A model generated the notes under the pieces. It did not search any database, was not told where the DNA came from, and saw only the letters and a list, made by a program, of their open reading frames with translations. Both the position numbers and the translations under genes were made by a program. This document shows, in pieces, positions 1 through 7,458 of a stretch of DNA of 32,000 nucleotides (the stretch's first letter is position 1; each line of letters opens with the position of its first letter). The stretch is from an uncultured Methanoregulaceae archaeon (lineage in GTDB: Archaea; Halobacteriota; Methanomicrobia; Methanomicrobiales; Methanospirillaceae), in NCBI GenBank assembly GCA_963808285.1, contig CAWEFI010000013.1, forward strand, positions 187-32,186. Reading direction: 5' to 3'.

Positions 1-1
1 G

Positions 2-579
2 AAGCGGACCCGAATCGGGATCTACGGGCCACCCAACGCTGGCAAGACCACGCTTGCAAACCGGATCGCCAGGGACTGGACCGGCGATGCGGTCGGGCCG
101 GTGAGCGAGATCCCGCATGAGACAAGAAGGGCACGCAAGCGCGAGGATATCGTGATCTCGGGGGCAAACGGGCACACGGTGACGATCGACATCGTGGATA
201 CCCCGGGTGTTACGACCAAGATCGATTATCACGAGTTCCTGGATTTCGGGATGGAGAAAGACGAGGCGATCATCCGGGCCCGGGAAGCGACTGAAGGCGT
301 GGCCGAGGCGATGCACTGGCTGCGCGAGGATATCGACGGTGTCATCTACATGCTGGACTCGACGCTTGACCCCTTCATGCAGGTCAATATCATGATGGTG
401 GGGATCATCGAGAGCCGGAAGCTGCCGGTGATCATTGTCGCCAACAAGATCGATCTGCCCGAGGCTGCCCGTCCCGGATCCGGAGTGCCTTCCCCCAGCA
501 CCCTGTTGTCGCGATCTCGGGGCTTGAAGGCAGGAACACGGAAGAACTGTACGAGAAAATGATCCACAACTTTGCCTGA
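2..579 (+). CDS. P-loop small GTPase; 5' end lies outside the window; reading frame broken near 473-478
   Basis: Frame +2 from nt 2 reads KRTRIGIYGPPNAGKTTLANRIA (G1), DTPG (G3) and NKID (G4). After NKIDLPEAARPG the track ORF turns into PSPSTLLSRSRGLK and stops at 562. Frame +1 from 478 reads IRSAFPQHPVVAISGLEGRNTEELYEKMIHNFA*, a normal GTPase C-terminus, ending at 579. The length 2..579 is 3n+2, consistent with one missing nt in the ccc/gg run. Confidence 0.75.
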
Positions 580-593
580 TCACGGGGGGAATC

Positions 594-1007
594 ATGCCAC
601 ACAAGTGCACCAAATGCGGCAGGGAATACAAGGACGGGTCAACCGAGATCCTCAAAGGCTGCGCAAGCTGCGGCGGCAAGAAGTTCCTCTACGTAAAGGA
701 GTCCGAGATCAACAAGGACGTGTTTGAAGAGAAGTCTATAGAGCAGATCGCAGGCGATTCAAAGGAAGAAGTCCTCGAGATCATCGAACCCAAGGTCAGG
801 GGCAAAGCCAAAAAGGAAGTTGAAATGTTCGACCGGGTCGAGACGATCCGGATCGTAGGCCCGGGTTCCTATGAGCTCAATATCGACAAGATGGCAAAGA
901 GCGACGAGAGGATCGTGAGTGTGGGCGGAGAAGAGGGCAGTTACATCATCGATCTCATGTCCATGGCAAAGGACACACCAAAGAAGAAGAGGTCAAAGAA
1001 GCGGTAA
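594..1007 (+). CDS. Archaeal Zn-ribbon protein (DUF2072/COG3364-like, family name from memory)
   Basis: 137-aa ORF with an N-terminal CxxC-x16-CxxC motif (MPHKCTKCGREYKDGSTEILKGCASCGGKKF), an acidic middle and a basic tail KKKRSKKR. It starts 15 nt after the GTPase gene, matching the conserved GTPase plus Zn-ribbon pair seen in archaea. Confidence 0.8.
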   Translation: MPHKCTKCGREYKDGSTEILKGCASCGGKKFLYVKESEINKDVFEEKSIEQIAGDSKEEVLEIIEPKVRGKAKKEVEMFDRVETIRIVGPGSYELNIDKMAKSDERIVSVGGEEGSYIIDLMSMAKDTPKKKRSKKR

Positions 1008-1288
1008 ATATCCCCGTAATATTCCACTGATGACTCTTTTTCGGGTCTGCAGAAATCTTCATAAACACTCTTTTAACACTTCTTCTGGGACTTTTGTAAG
1101 TATTGTCTTTTACCCCCCACGCTTGTGGCATCCCTTGTCTGGCGATAACTCCGGGGAGATTACAATAGTCAGTGCAAAGCACGAGAATGCGGTTCTGGGG
1201 GACAGGCACGGTTCCTGCCGTCAAGATATGTTTTGTCTTTTTGCTGAAAACAAGGTTTTATCCAAAACCCAAAAATGAAAAACGAACA

Positions 1289-1360
1289 TGGACCCGGCGG
1301 GAATTGAACCCGCGGCCTTTACGTTGCGAACGTAACGATCTACCCCTGATCTACGAGCCC
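1289..1360 (-). tRNA. tRNA-Ala (anticodon CGC)
   Basis: The reverse complement is GGGCTCGTAGATCAGGGGTAGATCGTTACGTTCGCAACGTAAAGGCCGCGGGTTCAATTCCCGCCGGGTCCA. All four stems fold by hand, the anticodon loop TTCGCAA gives CGC, and the G3:U70 Ala identity pair is present. CCA is not encoded. An oligo-T tract follows on the minus strand (about 1262-1288). Confidence 0.92.
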
Positions 1361-1384
1361 GAGAATTGTGGTATTACAATTCTC
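1361..1384. promoter_or_regulatory. Perfect 9-bp inverted repeat (gagaattgt-ggtatt-acaattctc) abutting the 5' end of tRNA-Ala
   Basis: Read directly: 1361-1369 is the exact reverse complement of 1376-1384, with a 6-nt spacer. It lies between the tfb stop (1441) and tRNA position 1 (1360). Confidence 0.3.
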
Positions 1385-1440
1385 CCGCGTATGGAATATA
1401 GTTGTTGCTATGTGGGGGGCGAAACTCGGCAAAAAAATGA

Positions 1441-2445
1441 TCAGAGTATGATCTCGATATCGAGCTTCTCTGCCAGTTCCTTGTACCGGTTCCTGATCGT
1501 GACTTCCGTGACCCCTGCCACTTCTGCCACTTCACGCTGGGTGCGCCGCTCGCCACCCAGGATCGAGGAGATGTAGATGGCGGCCGCTGCGACCCCGGTC
1601 GGGCCCCTGCCGCTTGTCAACTCCCGTTCCCCGGCCTGGCGCAGGATCTCGACCGCACGGCTCTGAACCTCACCTTTGAGCGTGAGCCCGGAGCAGAAAC
1701 GCGGTACATAGTCGATCGGGGAGGTCGGGAGGAGCTTTAAGCCGAGTTCCCGGGAGATGAACCGGTACGTCCTGCCGATCTCTTTTCTGGAGACACGGGA
1801 TACTTCGGCGATCTCATCAAGCGTGCGGGGCACGCTGCACTGCCGGCAGGCCGCGTAAAGCGCCGCAGCCGCGACGCCTTCGATGCTCCGGCCCCGGATC
1901 AGGTTCTTGTCCACCGCGTCACGGTAGACCACGGCCGCAGTCTCCCGCACGTTTCTGGGAAGGCCGAGAGCCGAGGCCATACGGTCCAGTTCCGAAAGCG
2001 CAAAGGCGAGATTTCTCTCTGTCGCATTGCTGACACGGATCCGGCGCTGCCACTTGCGAAGACGGTAGAGCTGGGCGCGGTTCTTCGAGGAGATTGCCCT
2101 CCCGTACGAGTCCCGGTTGCGCCAGTCGATCATCGTGGAAAGACCCTTGTCGTGGATGGTAAAGGTCATCGGGGCGCCGACACGGGAGCGTTTCATCCGC
2201 TGGTCGTGGTCGAACGCCCGCCATTCGGGGCCGCGGTCGATGAAGTCGTCATCGATCACAAGACCGCAGCTCTGGCAGACCAGCTCCGCACGCTCGTAAT
2301 CGTGGACAAGCTGCCTGCTTCCGCACTCCGGACAGACTGTCTCGGTGTGGTTTTCGGCTTTCTTTTCCTGCTCTTTAACTTTTATACGTGATTTGAGCGC
2401 TTCTCTCTCAGTCTGGAGGAGCTTTAATTTCTCAACTTCCTGCAT
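1441..2445 (-). CDS. tfb: Transcription initiation factor IIB (TFB)
   Basis: 334 aa. It has a Zn ribbon ([24 protein letters not shown]), a B-reader/linker ([10 protein letters not shown]...RVGAP) and two cyclin-like repeats ending in an HTH ([23 protein letters not shown]). A 37-aa charged N-terminal extension precedes the ribbon. Confidence 0.95.
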   Translation of the reverse strand: MQEVEKLKLLQTEREALKSRIKVKEQEKKAENHTETVCPECGSRQLVHDYERAELVCQSCGLVIDDDFIDRGPEWRAFDHDQRMKRSRVGAPMTFTIHDKGLSTMIDWRNRDSYGRAISSKNRAQLYRLRKWQRRIRVSNATERNLAFALSELDRMASALGLPRNVRETAAVVYRDAVDKNLIRGRSIEGVAAAALYAACRQCSVPRTLDEIAEVSRVSRKEIGRTYRFISRELGLKLLPTSPIDYVPRFCSGLTLKGEVQSRAVEILRQAGERELTSGRGPTGVAAAAIYISSILGGERRTQREVAEVAGVTEVTIRNRYKELAEKLDIEIIL

Positions 2446-2460
2446 CCGGCTTCACCATCA

Positions 2461-2739
2461 TTATCTTGCTGTTGTTCTGATTGATCCTGAACGGGCCGTC
2501 GCGGGGGTGCGGGTTTCCCTCGCGAACACTTTCTCACCCGGTCTGACGCTGCACGGGCCATGGGAGAGGACAAGAGCATAGGGGGATTTCACGTTCCCAA
2601 AGACATCCATGATCTTTCCCACGGGTTTTGTCCTCCGGTCCATCACTTCGCTATACAACCCGGGGAGCTGGGCGGCATCGCACTGGATAATGAGCATTCT
2701 GCGCCCATAGGTGCTCATCGCTCGACCAACAACCTTCAC
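2461..2739 (-). CDS. gar1: H/ACA RNP component Gar1
   Basis: 92 aa with a GTG start and a GAGGT 6 nt upstream. The core VMDRRTKPVGKIMDVFGNVKSPYALV matches the Gar1 barrel signature (VGxIxDVFGPVxxPY). The conserved archaeal gar1-tfb adjacency is present, with a 15-nt gap. Confidence 0.8.
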   Translation of the reverse strand: MKVVGRAMSTYGRRMLIIQCDAAQLPGLYSEVMDRRTKPVGKIMDVFGNVKSPYALVLSHGPCSVRPGEKVFARETRTPATARSGSIRTTAR

Positions 2740-2767
2740 TTAAACGACCTCGGGGGGTAGACAAAGT

Positions 2768-2797
2768 ACTAAATTAATTTAGTAATCTATATATGTG
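2768..2797 (-). promoter_or_regulatory. Putative gar1-tfb promoter: TATA-like atatatagat plus a 16-bp perfect palindrome ACTAAATTAATTTAGT
   Basis: This is an AT-rich intergenic region (2740-2843). The TATA-like element sits about 50 nt upstream of the GTG at 2739. The palindrome 2768-2783 lies between the TATA and the start codon. Confidence 0.4.
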
Positions 2798-2843
2798 AGT
2801 CCTAACAGTATTTAAATATTGCGTGAAAGTATAAATAGAAATT

Positions 2844-3497
2844 TCAGCAACCGAGGAACTGGTCAATATTTAAAGACATAATGCCGGCGGATTCGACAGC
2901 GGTCAGCCCGGCACCTTGCGCTACGATTTCCTTACTCGTTTTGTCCAGCAAATCGTGCGGTGCATGCGCGTCTGAGTCCACCACCATCTGGCACGAAACC
3001 TCCCGGGCGATACGCACCACATGACCATTGGTGCGGTTGTGTCCGCACCGTGAAGTGATCTCGAGAGCAATCCCGTTCTCCAGTGCAAGCCGGGCATCCT
3101 CGTGCGTGATTAGCCCCGGGTGAGCGAGCACGTTCACCTCGCGACAGGCGCAGGCCGCGTGGTTGGTGCCGGGCGCGACCGGCTCAACCGTTGTCTCTCC
3201 ATGGACAATCACGATATCCGCTCCCGCCTCGCGTGACTGCCGGGCGACCGCGGCGATCTGGGAGGGCGGCACGTGCGTGATCTCGACACCGCACAGGAGC
3301 CTGACGCCAAACAGCCAGGCTGATTCCCGAACGTCAAGCAACGACTTTACGACCGATGTGGCATTGGACGTGTCGACATGATCCGTGATGGCGACCGTGG
3401 TATATCCGAGCACGGCCATCCGCCGCACCAGTTCGGAAGGAAGCATCTCGCCATCGGAAAGGATCGTATGGGTGTGGAAATCATACAGGCCGGTCAC
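2844..3497 (-). CDS. PHP-domain metal-dependent phosphoesterase (histidinol-phosphatase-like family)
   Basis: 217 aa. The N-terminal DFHTHTILSDG, then ITDH, HGE and a C-terminal DSDAH are the PHP metal-ligand motifs. The GTG start overlaps the srp19 stop (GTGA at 3494-3497). Confidence 0.8.
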   Translation of the reverse strand: MTGLYDFHTHTILSDGEMLPSELVRRMAVLGYTTVAITDHVDTSNATSVVKSLLDVRESAWLFGVRLLCGVEITHVPPSQIAAVARQSREAGADIVIVHGETTVEPVAPGTNHAACACREVNVLAHPGLITHEDARLALENGIALEITSRCGHNRTNGHVVRIAREVSCQMVVDSDAHAPHDLLDKTSKEIVAQGAGLTAVESAGIMSLNIDQFLGC

Positions 3498-3769
3498 CGT
3501 TTCACCTCCATGTTCCGGGCGACTTTCCTGATGAGCGCCGTTTTTTTCCCGGTATACGTGGCGACGACCCGACCTTCATGCCGGGCCCAGTGGGCCGGGT
3601 GGTGGTGCTCCTCGGCCTGACAGGCGATTCCGAGTCGTTTTAATGCCCGCTCGATGTCGGCTGCCCCCGGTCCTTTCGCGCCGAGCGTGCGCGGGACCCT
3701 GCGTCCCTCATCGCGGGAGAGGGATGCATTAAAATAGCAGGGATAGAGGATGCATTCGCCTTTTTCCAT
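3494..3769 (-). CDS. srp19: Signal recognition particle protein SRP19
   Basis: The track ORF 3494..3994 is trimmed to the ATG at 3769. MEKGECILYPCYFNASLSRDEGRRVPRTLGAKGP...HHPAHWARHEGRVVATYTGKKTALIRKVARNM matches the archaeal SRP19 pattern (IWPxYFDxxxSRxEGRRVP ... GRV). The upstream part of the track ORF is not protein-like and overlaps hypB. Confidence 0.85.
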   Translation of the reverse strand: MEKGECILYPCYFNASLSRDEGRRVPRTLGAKGPGAADIERALKRLGIACQAEEHHHPAHWARHEGRVVATYTGKKTALIRKVARNMEVKR

Positions 3770-3824
3770 TGCATGAAAAGTATGGGGGTCAAGATATAAA
3801 CACTGTCCGCTCAAAAATAATAGT

Positions 3825-4472
3825 ATGCACCACATCGACGTCAGGATGGAGAAGGATGTATACGACGTCAACAACGCGATTGCGGACGGAAACGCCCGGC
3901 ACTTAAAGGAGCACGGAATACGGGCCTTCGACCTTCTCGGCGCGATCGGCTCGGGGAAGACTGCACTCATCGAGCGCCTTGTCCCGCTAATCAAGGCAAA
4001 AGGGCTCCGGGCCGGGGCAATCGCCGGCGACGTGTATGGCGACGACGATTTCCGGCGAATTGTTGCGCAGGGTATCCCTGCCTACAACGCAAACACCGGC
4101 AAGGAATGCCATCTCGATGCGCACCTCGTGGAGCACGCGATCGAGCACCTCCCGCTCGATAAAATTGACATCCTCTTTATCGAGAATGTGGGCAACATGG
4201 TCTGCCCGACCGATTTCCGGCTTGGTGCGGAAAAAAGGATTGTCATCGTCAGCTCGACCGAAGGGGACGACGTGGTAAACAAGCATCCGATGATGTTCAG
4301 GGACTGCACGATCGGGGTCATCAACAAGGTCGACCTCGCACCACTGGTGGGTGCAAACATCGCGAGGATGGAGGCTGACATCCACCGTTACAACCCGAAG
4401 ATGCCGGTCTTTAAGACCAACATGAAGACCGGCGAGAACGTCGCCCCGCTTCTCGATGCCATTCTCGCGTGA
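3825..4472 (+). CDS. hypB: Hydrogenase nickel-incorporation GTPase HypB
   Basis: 215 aa with GAIGSGKT (P-loop), ENVGNMVCP and NKVDL motifs. A TATA-like aagatataaa lies at 3791-3800, about 25-30 nt upstream of the ATG, so the mRNA has little or no leader. Confidence 0.9.
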   Translation: MHHIDVRMEKDVYDVNNAIADGNARHLKEHGIRAFDLLGAIGSGKTALIERLVPLIKAKGLRAGAIAGDVYGDDDFRRIVAQGIPAYNANTGKECHLDAHLVEHAIEHLPLDKIDILFIENVGNMVCPTDFRLGAEKRIVIVSSTEGDDVVNKHPMMFRDCTIGVINKVDLAPLVGANIARMEADIHRYNPKMPVFKTNMKTGENVAPLLDAILA

Positions 4473-4590
4473 AGACCGGCAAAGGACAGTCCTGATCGGG
4501 AAATAGTATAAATAACTCTGAAAGGAATATATAAAGCACCATTTTTTGGAAAGGAATTTTTCCGAAAAAAGATATCAAAGGAGTGACACT

Positions 4591-4968
4591 ATGCTCTGGC
4601 AGGGAGAATCAGTACCAAAGGTAACCGGCGGCAGGCGCCGGCCGGCAGCGGGAAAGCGGAGATTTGAGATCGGGCTTGCGCCCGCCGACACCCATATCGG
4701 GGAAGACCGGACAAAGATGGTTCGTATCATGGGCGGGAACATCAAGGTCCGGTCCATGCGTGCGCAGTATGCAAACGTCACCAAACTCTCCAACGGTGAG
4801 ACCAAAAAAGTGAAGATCGAGAATGTTGAAGAGAACGGGGCAAACCCGAACTATGTCCGGCGGAACCTGCTCACCAAAGGAGCGATCGTCCGGACCGAGA
4901 TCGGACGCGCCCGGATCATGAGCCGCCCCGGCCAGGACGGCATCATCAACGCTGTGTTACTCGAATAA
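4591..4968 (+). CDS. rps8e: 30S ribosomal protein S8e
   Basis: The ATG at 4591 is preceded by aaaggagtga. MLWQGESVPKVTGGRRRPAAGKRRFEIG...NPNYVRRNLLTKGAIV...SRPGQDGIINAVLLE is the S8e signature. The upstream TTG start in the track is unlikely. A TATA-like aatatataaagc lies at 4526-4537. Confidence 0.9.
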   Translation: MLWQGESVPKVTGGRRRPAAGKRRFEIGLAPADTHIGEDRTKMVRIMGGNIKVRSMRAQYANVTKLSNGETKKVKIENVEENGANPNYVRRNLLTKGAIVRTEIGRARIMSRPGQDGIINAVLLE

Positions 4969-4973
4969 ACCGG

Positions 4974-5006
4974 TAAAGGGAATCCCCCCCCTTTTTATCT
5001 TTTTTC
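4974..5006 (+). terminator. Putative rps8e terminator (aaaggg/cccttt stem followed by T5 and T6 tracts)
   Basis: Read directly: gtaaagggaatccccccccttttta tctttttt, immediately after the stop codon. Confidence 0.45.
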
Positions 5007-5103
5007 AGGCAGGTCCGTAACCGCTACGATACCGAGCGGGTTTGAACCCCCGCGAAGGCAGCAGCAATTGTTTTTTTAGGTTAGGCTCTCCCATAGTGTA
5101 TTC

Positions 5104-5527
5104 ATGCGACGGATCTGTTATCGTTACCCGCAACGGGTGGATCTATCGTTTGCGATGGGAATGACGTTTCCCGAAACCCTGAAATATATCGCAGAACTGA
5201 ACGGGCAGGAGTCCACCAAAACCACCGGAAAAGAACTCGTCCGGGTCCGGGTCAAGGTTGAGATCGCGTTAAACCGGGCAGAATTTGGCGATATCACGCC
5301 CGATACCCTGCGCCCCGGGGTTATCACCGAGGCGGTCGATCTTAGGATCTCGGTGCTTGCGCTTGCCCTGCGCGGGACCGGGAAAGTCCCGGTCGCAAAC
5401 GACGTCTTTTACGTACAGGCTCACCGACAAGAACACCTGCACTGACATCGATATCGCAAAGGAAAATGCCGGGGAAGGCCTGGATGCTCTCGATATGAAA
5501 AAGATCCTTCTAGGTACTTCGAATTGA
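5104..5527 (+). CDS. Hypothetical protein; start and 3' frame uncertain (possible frame break about 5400-5425)
   Basis: Frame +1 is protein-like from MGMTFPETLKYIAELNGQES... to ...GKVPVANDVFYV and then stops at 5443-5445. Frame +2 continues with a protein-like LTDKNTCTDIDIAKENAGEGLDALDMKKILLGTSN*, whose stop (5525-5527) overlaps the TTG start of the next gene as TTGA. I recognise no family. Confidence 0.35.
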
Positions 5528-5985
5528 CCCTCCAGATCACGGTGGCTGCACCGTTCAAACACACCCGCAAGACGGGGATGCGCAAGAACGAGCTCGTCTA
5601 TTATTACGCGCTTGACCGCAAGTGGATGAGTACTGACCAGGCGGCTATCCTGCTCAGGCGGGCGGAAGAAGCGGGTCTTATCCGGCAGGAGAACGGAGTT
5701 TTTTCGGTCCTCTTTGACCCGTCGACGATCACCGTCCCCATCGGGTTCAGGCCGACCTCTGCAGTCTTCGAGACAAACGATCCGGCACAGGAGCTGATCG
5801 GCCGGATCGTGAAGGCCCGGGGAGTGCCGGAAACGGATGTGGTCGCCGAGATGAACGCAATTGTCCGGGAACAGTTCGATGGGAATCTGCTGCCCCCGGC
5901 GGCTCTCGTGCTGCTCGCAAAAAAATACCAGGTGCCGTACGAGGACCTGCGCGATGCCCTTTTAGCAGCGTTGAGAAAAGGATAA
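5524..5985 (+). CDS. DUF2240-family archaeal protein
   Basis: 153 aa with a TTG start. LQITVAAPFKHTRKTGMRKNELVYYYALDRKWMSTDQAAILLRRAEEAGLI...FDPSTITVPIGFRP matches my memory of the DUF2240 N-terminal pattern (VAAPFK...EFV..LSLDRxWFSPDQAK). Confidence 0.7.
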   Translation: MTLQITVAAPFKHTRKTGMRKNELVYYYALDRKWMSTDQAAILLRRAEEAGLIRQENGVFSVLFDPSTITVPIGFRPTSAVFETNDPAQELIGRIVKARGVPETDVVAEMNAIVREQFDGNLLPPAALVLLAKKYQVPYEDLRDALLAALRKG

Positions 5986-6095
5986 CGACATCTTTCATTC
6001 TTTTGTTTTTCACAGAGCTTTTTCCGGGTATTTTTTCATTCGGCTCCCGTATTTCCCCAAAAAAGCAATATTAAAGAAAGGTGAAACAGGTACCT

Positions 6096-6635
6096 ATGCG
6101 AACGCATATACATGGGGGCAGGCGGCGCAGGTCGCCCGAGATCCCGTGGCTCCTTATCGCCACGGCGATTGGTATCATCGTGGTTGTGGTTGCCGCACTC
6201 TTTTTCTTCACCGGTACCGGGGGCTCCTCCACTGGATATGCCACTTCTTCAGACATGGTGGTGGTCCCGGCAACGACCTCTGTTCCGGCTCAATCCGGAT
6301 CTTCGGCTGCGGCATCACCGTCACCTGCGATCGTCGTTGCAATAGCCACGCCGGCGACCATCCCCGGTACGGGCGTGTATGTCAGTGTCAATTATCTCGG
6401 CGGTTTCAATGGTACCTATAGTTCAGGGGGTGTCACCACGAATGTTCCCGGGGGCTCAGGTGCCAGGCAGTACCAGGTCGCAAACGCAACCGGGACAGTG
6501 ACGGCAGTCTTCCAGAAAACTGATAGCACCGCCACTCATGCGCTCACGGTGATCATCTACGAGAACGGCAGGCAGCTTGCCACCGAAAGCACGAGCGCGG
6601 CCTACGGCAAGGTCACGGTCACGGCAAACCTGTGA
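6096..6635 (+). CDS. Membrane-anchored hypothetical protein (N-in single TM, Ser/Thr/Pro linker, beta-rich outside domain)
   Basis: Starts at the ATG at 6096. A basic stretch HGGRRRRSPE is followed by the hydrophobic helix IPWLLIATAIGIIVVVVAALFFF, then a low-complexity S/T/A/P stretch and a C-terminal domain (...TVTAVFQKTDSTATHALTVIIYENGRQLATESTSAAYGKVTVTANL). Confidence 0.6.
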   Translation: MRTHIHGGRRRRSPEIPWLLIATAIGIIVVVVAALFFFTGTGGSSTGYATSSDMVVVPATTSVPAQSGSSAAASPSPAIVVAIATPATIPGTGVYVSVNYLGGFNGTYSSGGVTTNVPGGSGARQYQVANATGTVTAVFQKTDSTATHALTVIIYENGRQLATESTSAAYGKVTVTANL

Positions 6636-6660
6636 CCGGTGCCGGTTTTTTTCTTTTTTA
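6635..6660 (+). terminator. Putative terminator (accgg-tg-ccggt stem followed by T7 and T6)
   Basis: Read directly after the stop at 6633-6635: gaccggtgccggtttttttctttttta. Confidence 0.45.
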
Positions 6661-6826
6661 TGGAAGCGCTCTTGAGGGCTTCGGCATACCGTGCCTCTGC
6701 CCCAAAAGCATCATAAAAATGATTTGATATAAGGCCCAAGAAAAAGATCCGGCCGACACGGATGTGTACCAGCAACGCACCACCACAAAAACAATACCAC
6801 GAAAAAAGTATCAGGGGGCCGCGGAA

Positions 6827-7268
6827 TTACTTCCGGGCTTTTCTCTCTTTTGGCTTGTCAGCCTTCTTCTCGCCCTCGGCCTTCTCGGTCTTGGGGAAGA
6901 TTTCGTCAAGGGCTTTCTCCCCGTACGCAGTCACACGGGCGTTGACCTGCACGAACTCGGCCGTGATCTCGTTCGAGCGGATCATCTTTCTCCTGCGCTC
7001 GCCATCCATTCCCGGGTGGAAGCCGACACCTTCCGCGAGCAGAAGTTTCCTCCTTCCCGCGCCCGGCAGGCTCTTCCTCGCAGGAGTGCCGGTCTGGTCC
7101 GAACCCCCGGTGATCAGGATCTTATAGCCTGCAAGCCCGAGGGGGCCGGCGTCAACTTCGTCCCCGATGCGTTTACCGACGATCGCTCCTGCTGCCCCGG
7201 GTACTGGCATCAACATTGTAGGCGCGACCGGTCTTGGGGTCTGATACAACAACCTTTAACTCAACCAT
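6827..7268 (-). CDS. rps6e: 30S ribosomal protein S6e; frame broken at the cccc/ggg run 7195-7201
   Basis: The ATG at 7268 gives MVELKVVVSDPKTGRAYNVDAS, the canonical S6e N-terminus, and then hits a stop. The body AAGAIVGKRIGDEVDAGPLGLAGYKILITGGSDQTGTPARKSLPGAGRRKLLL... is in the track ORF 6827..7252. The span is 442 nt (3n+1), so one nt is extra. Confidence 0.85.
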
Positions 7269-7458
7269 GCTTGATTCTCCATATTGGTTATCCCGGAATG
7301 CACCCGTTGTCGGGAATCCCGTTCACTCTCCGGCTGACAGCGCAACAACGCCTATGCACGTGAAGTACCCATTTAATTATACCAGTACGCTATTAAACCC
7401 TCGCGTCCGTTCAGGCAACCGCGTACGCCGTTCATGACATATCCGGATTCCGATCCGG

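Noticed and set aside
1008-1288. 280-bp spacer after the Zn-ribbon gene, with cTGATGA at 1027-1033 as a possible C box.
   Set aside because: There is no matching D box (only CTGC and CTGG), and no C' or D' boxes. I treat it as non-coding spacer plus the oligo-T terminator of tRNA-Ala.
3770-3994. N-terminal 75 codons of track ORF 3494..3994, which would extend SRP19.
   Set aside because: This part is not protein-like and overlaps the hypB start and promoter. SRP19 homology begins exactly at the internal ATG at 3769.
5443-5526. An in-frame TGA between ORF 5104..5445 and ORF 5524..5985 (same frame): possible selenocysteine or read-through joining the two.
   Set aside because: The 26 intervening codons translate to HRYRKGKCRGRPGCSRYEKDPSRYFE, which is not protein-like. 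I see no SECIS-like hairpin. A frame switch to +2 with TTGA coupling explains the region better.
7443-7458. Perfect 6-bp stem hairpin ccggat-tccg-atccgg immediately after the infB stop.
   Set aside because: No oligo-T tract follows on the minus strand, so it is too weak to call a terminator. It is noted only.
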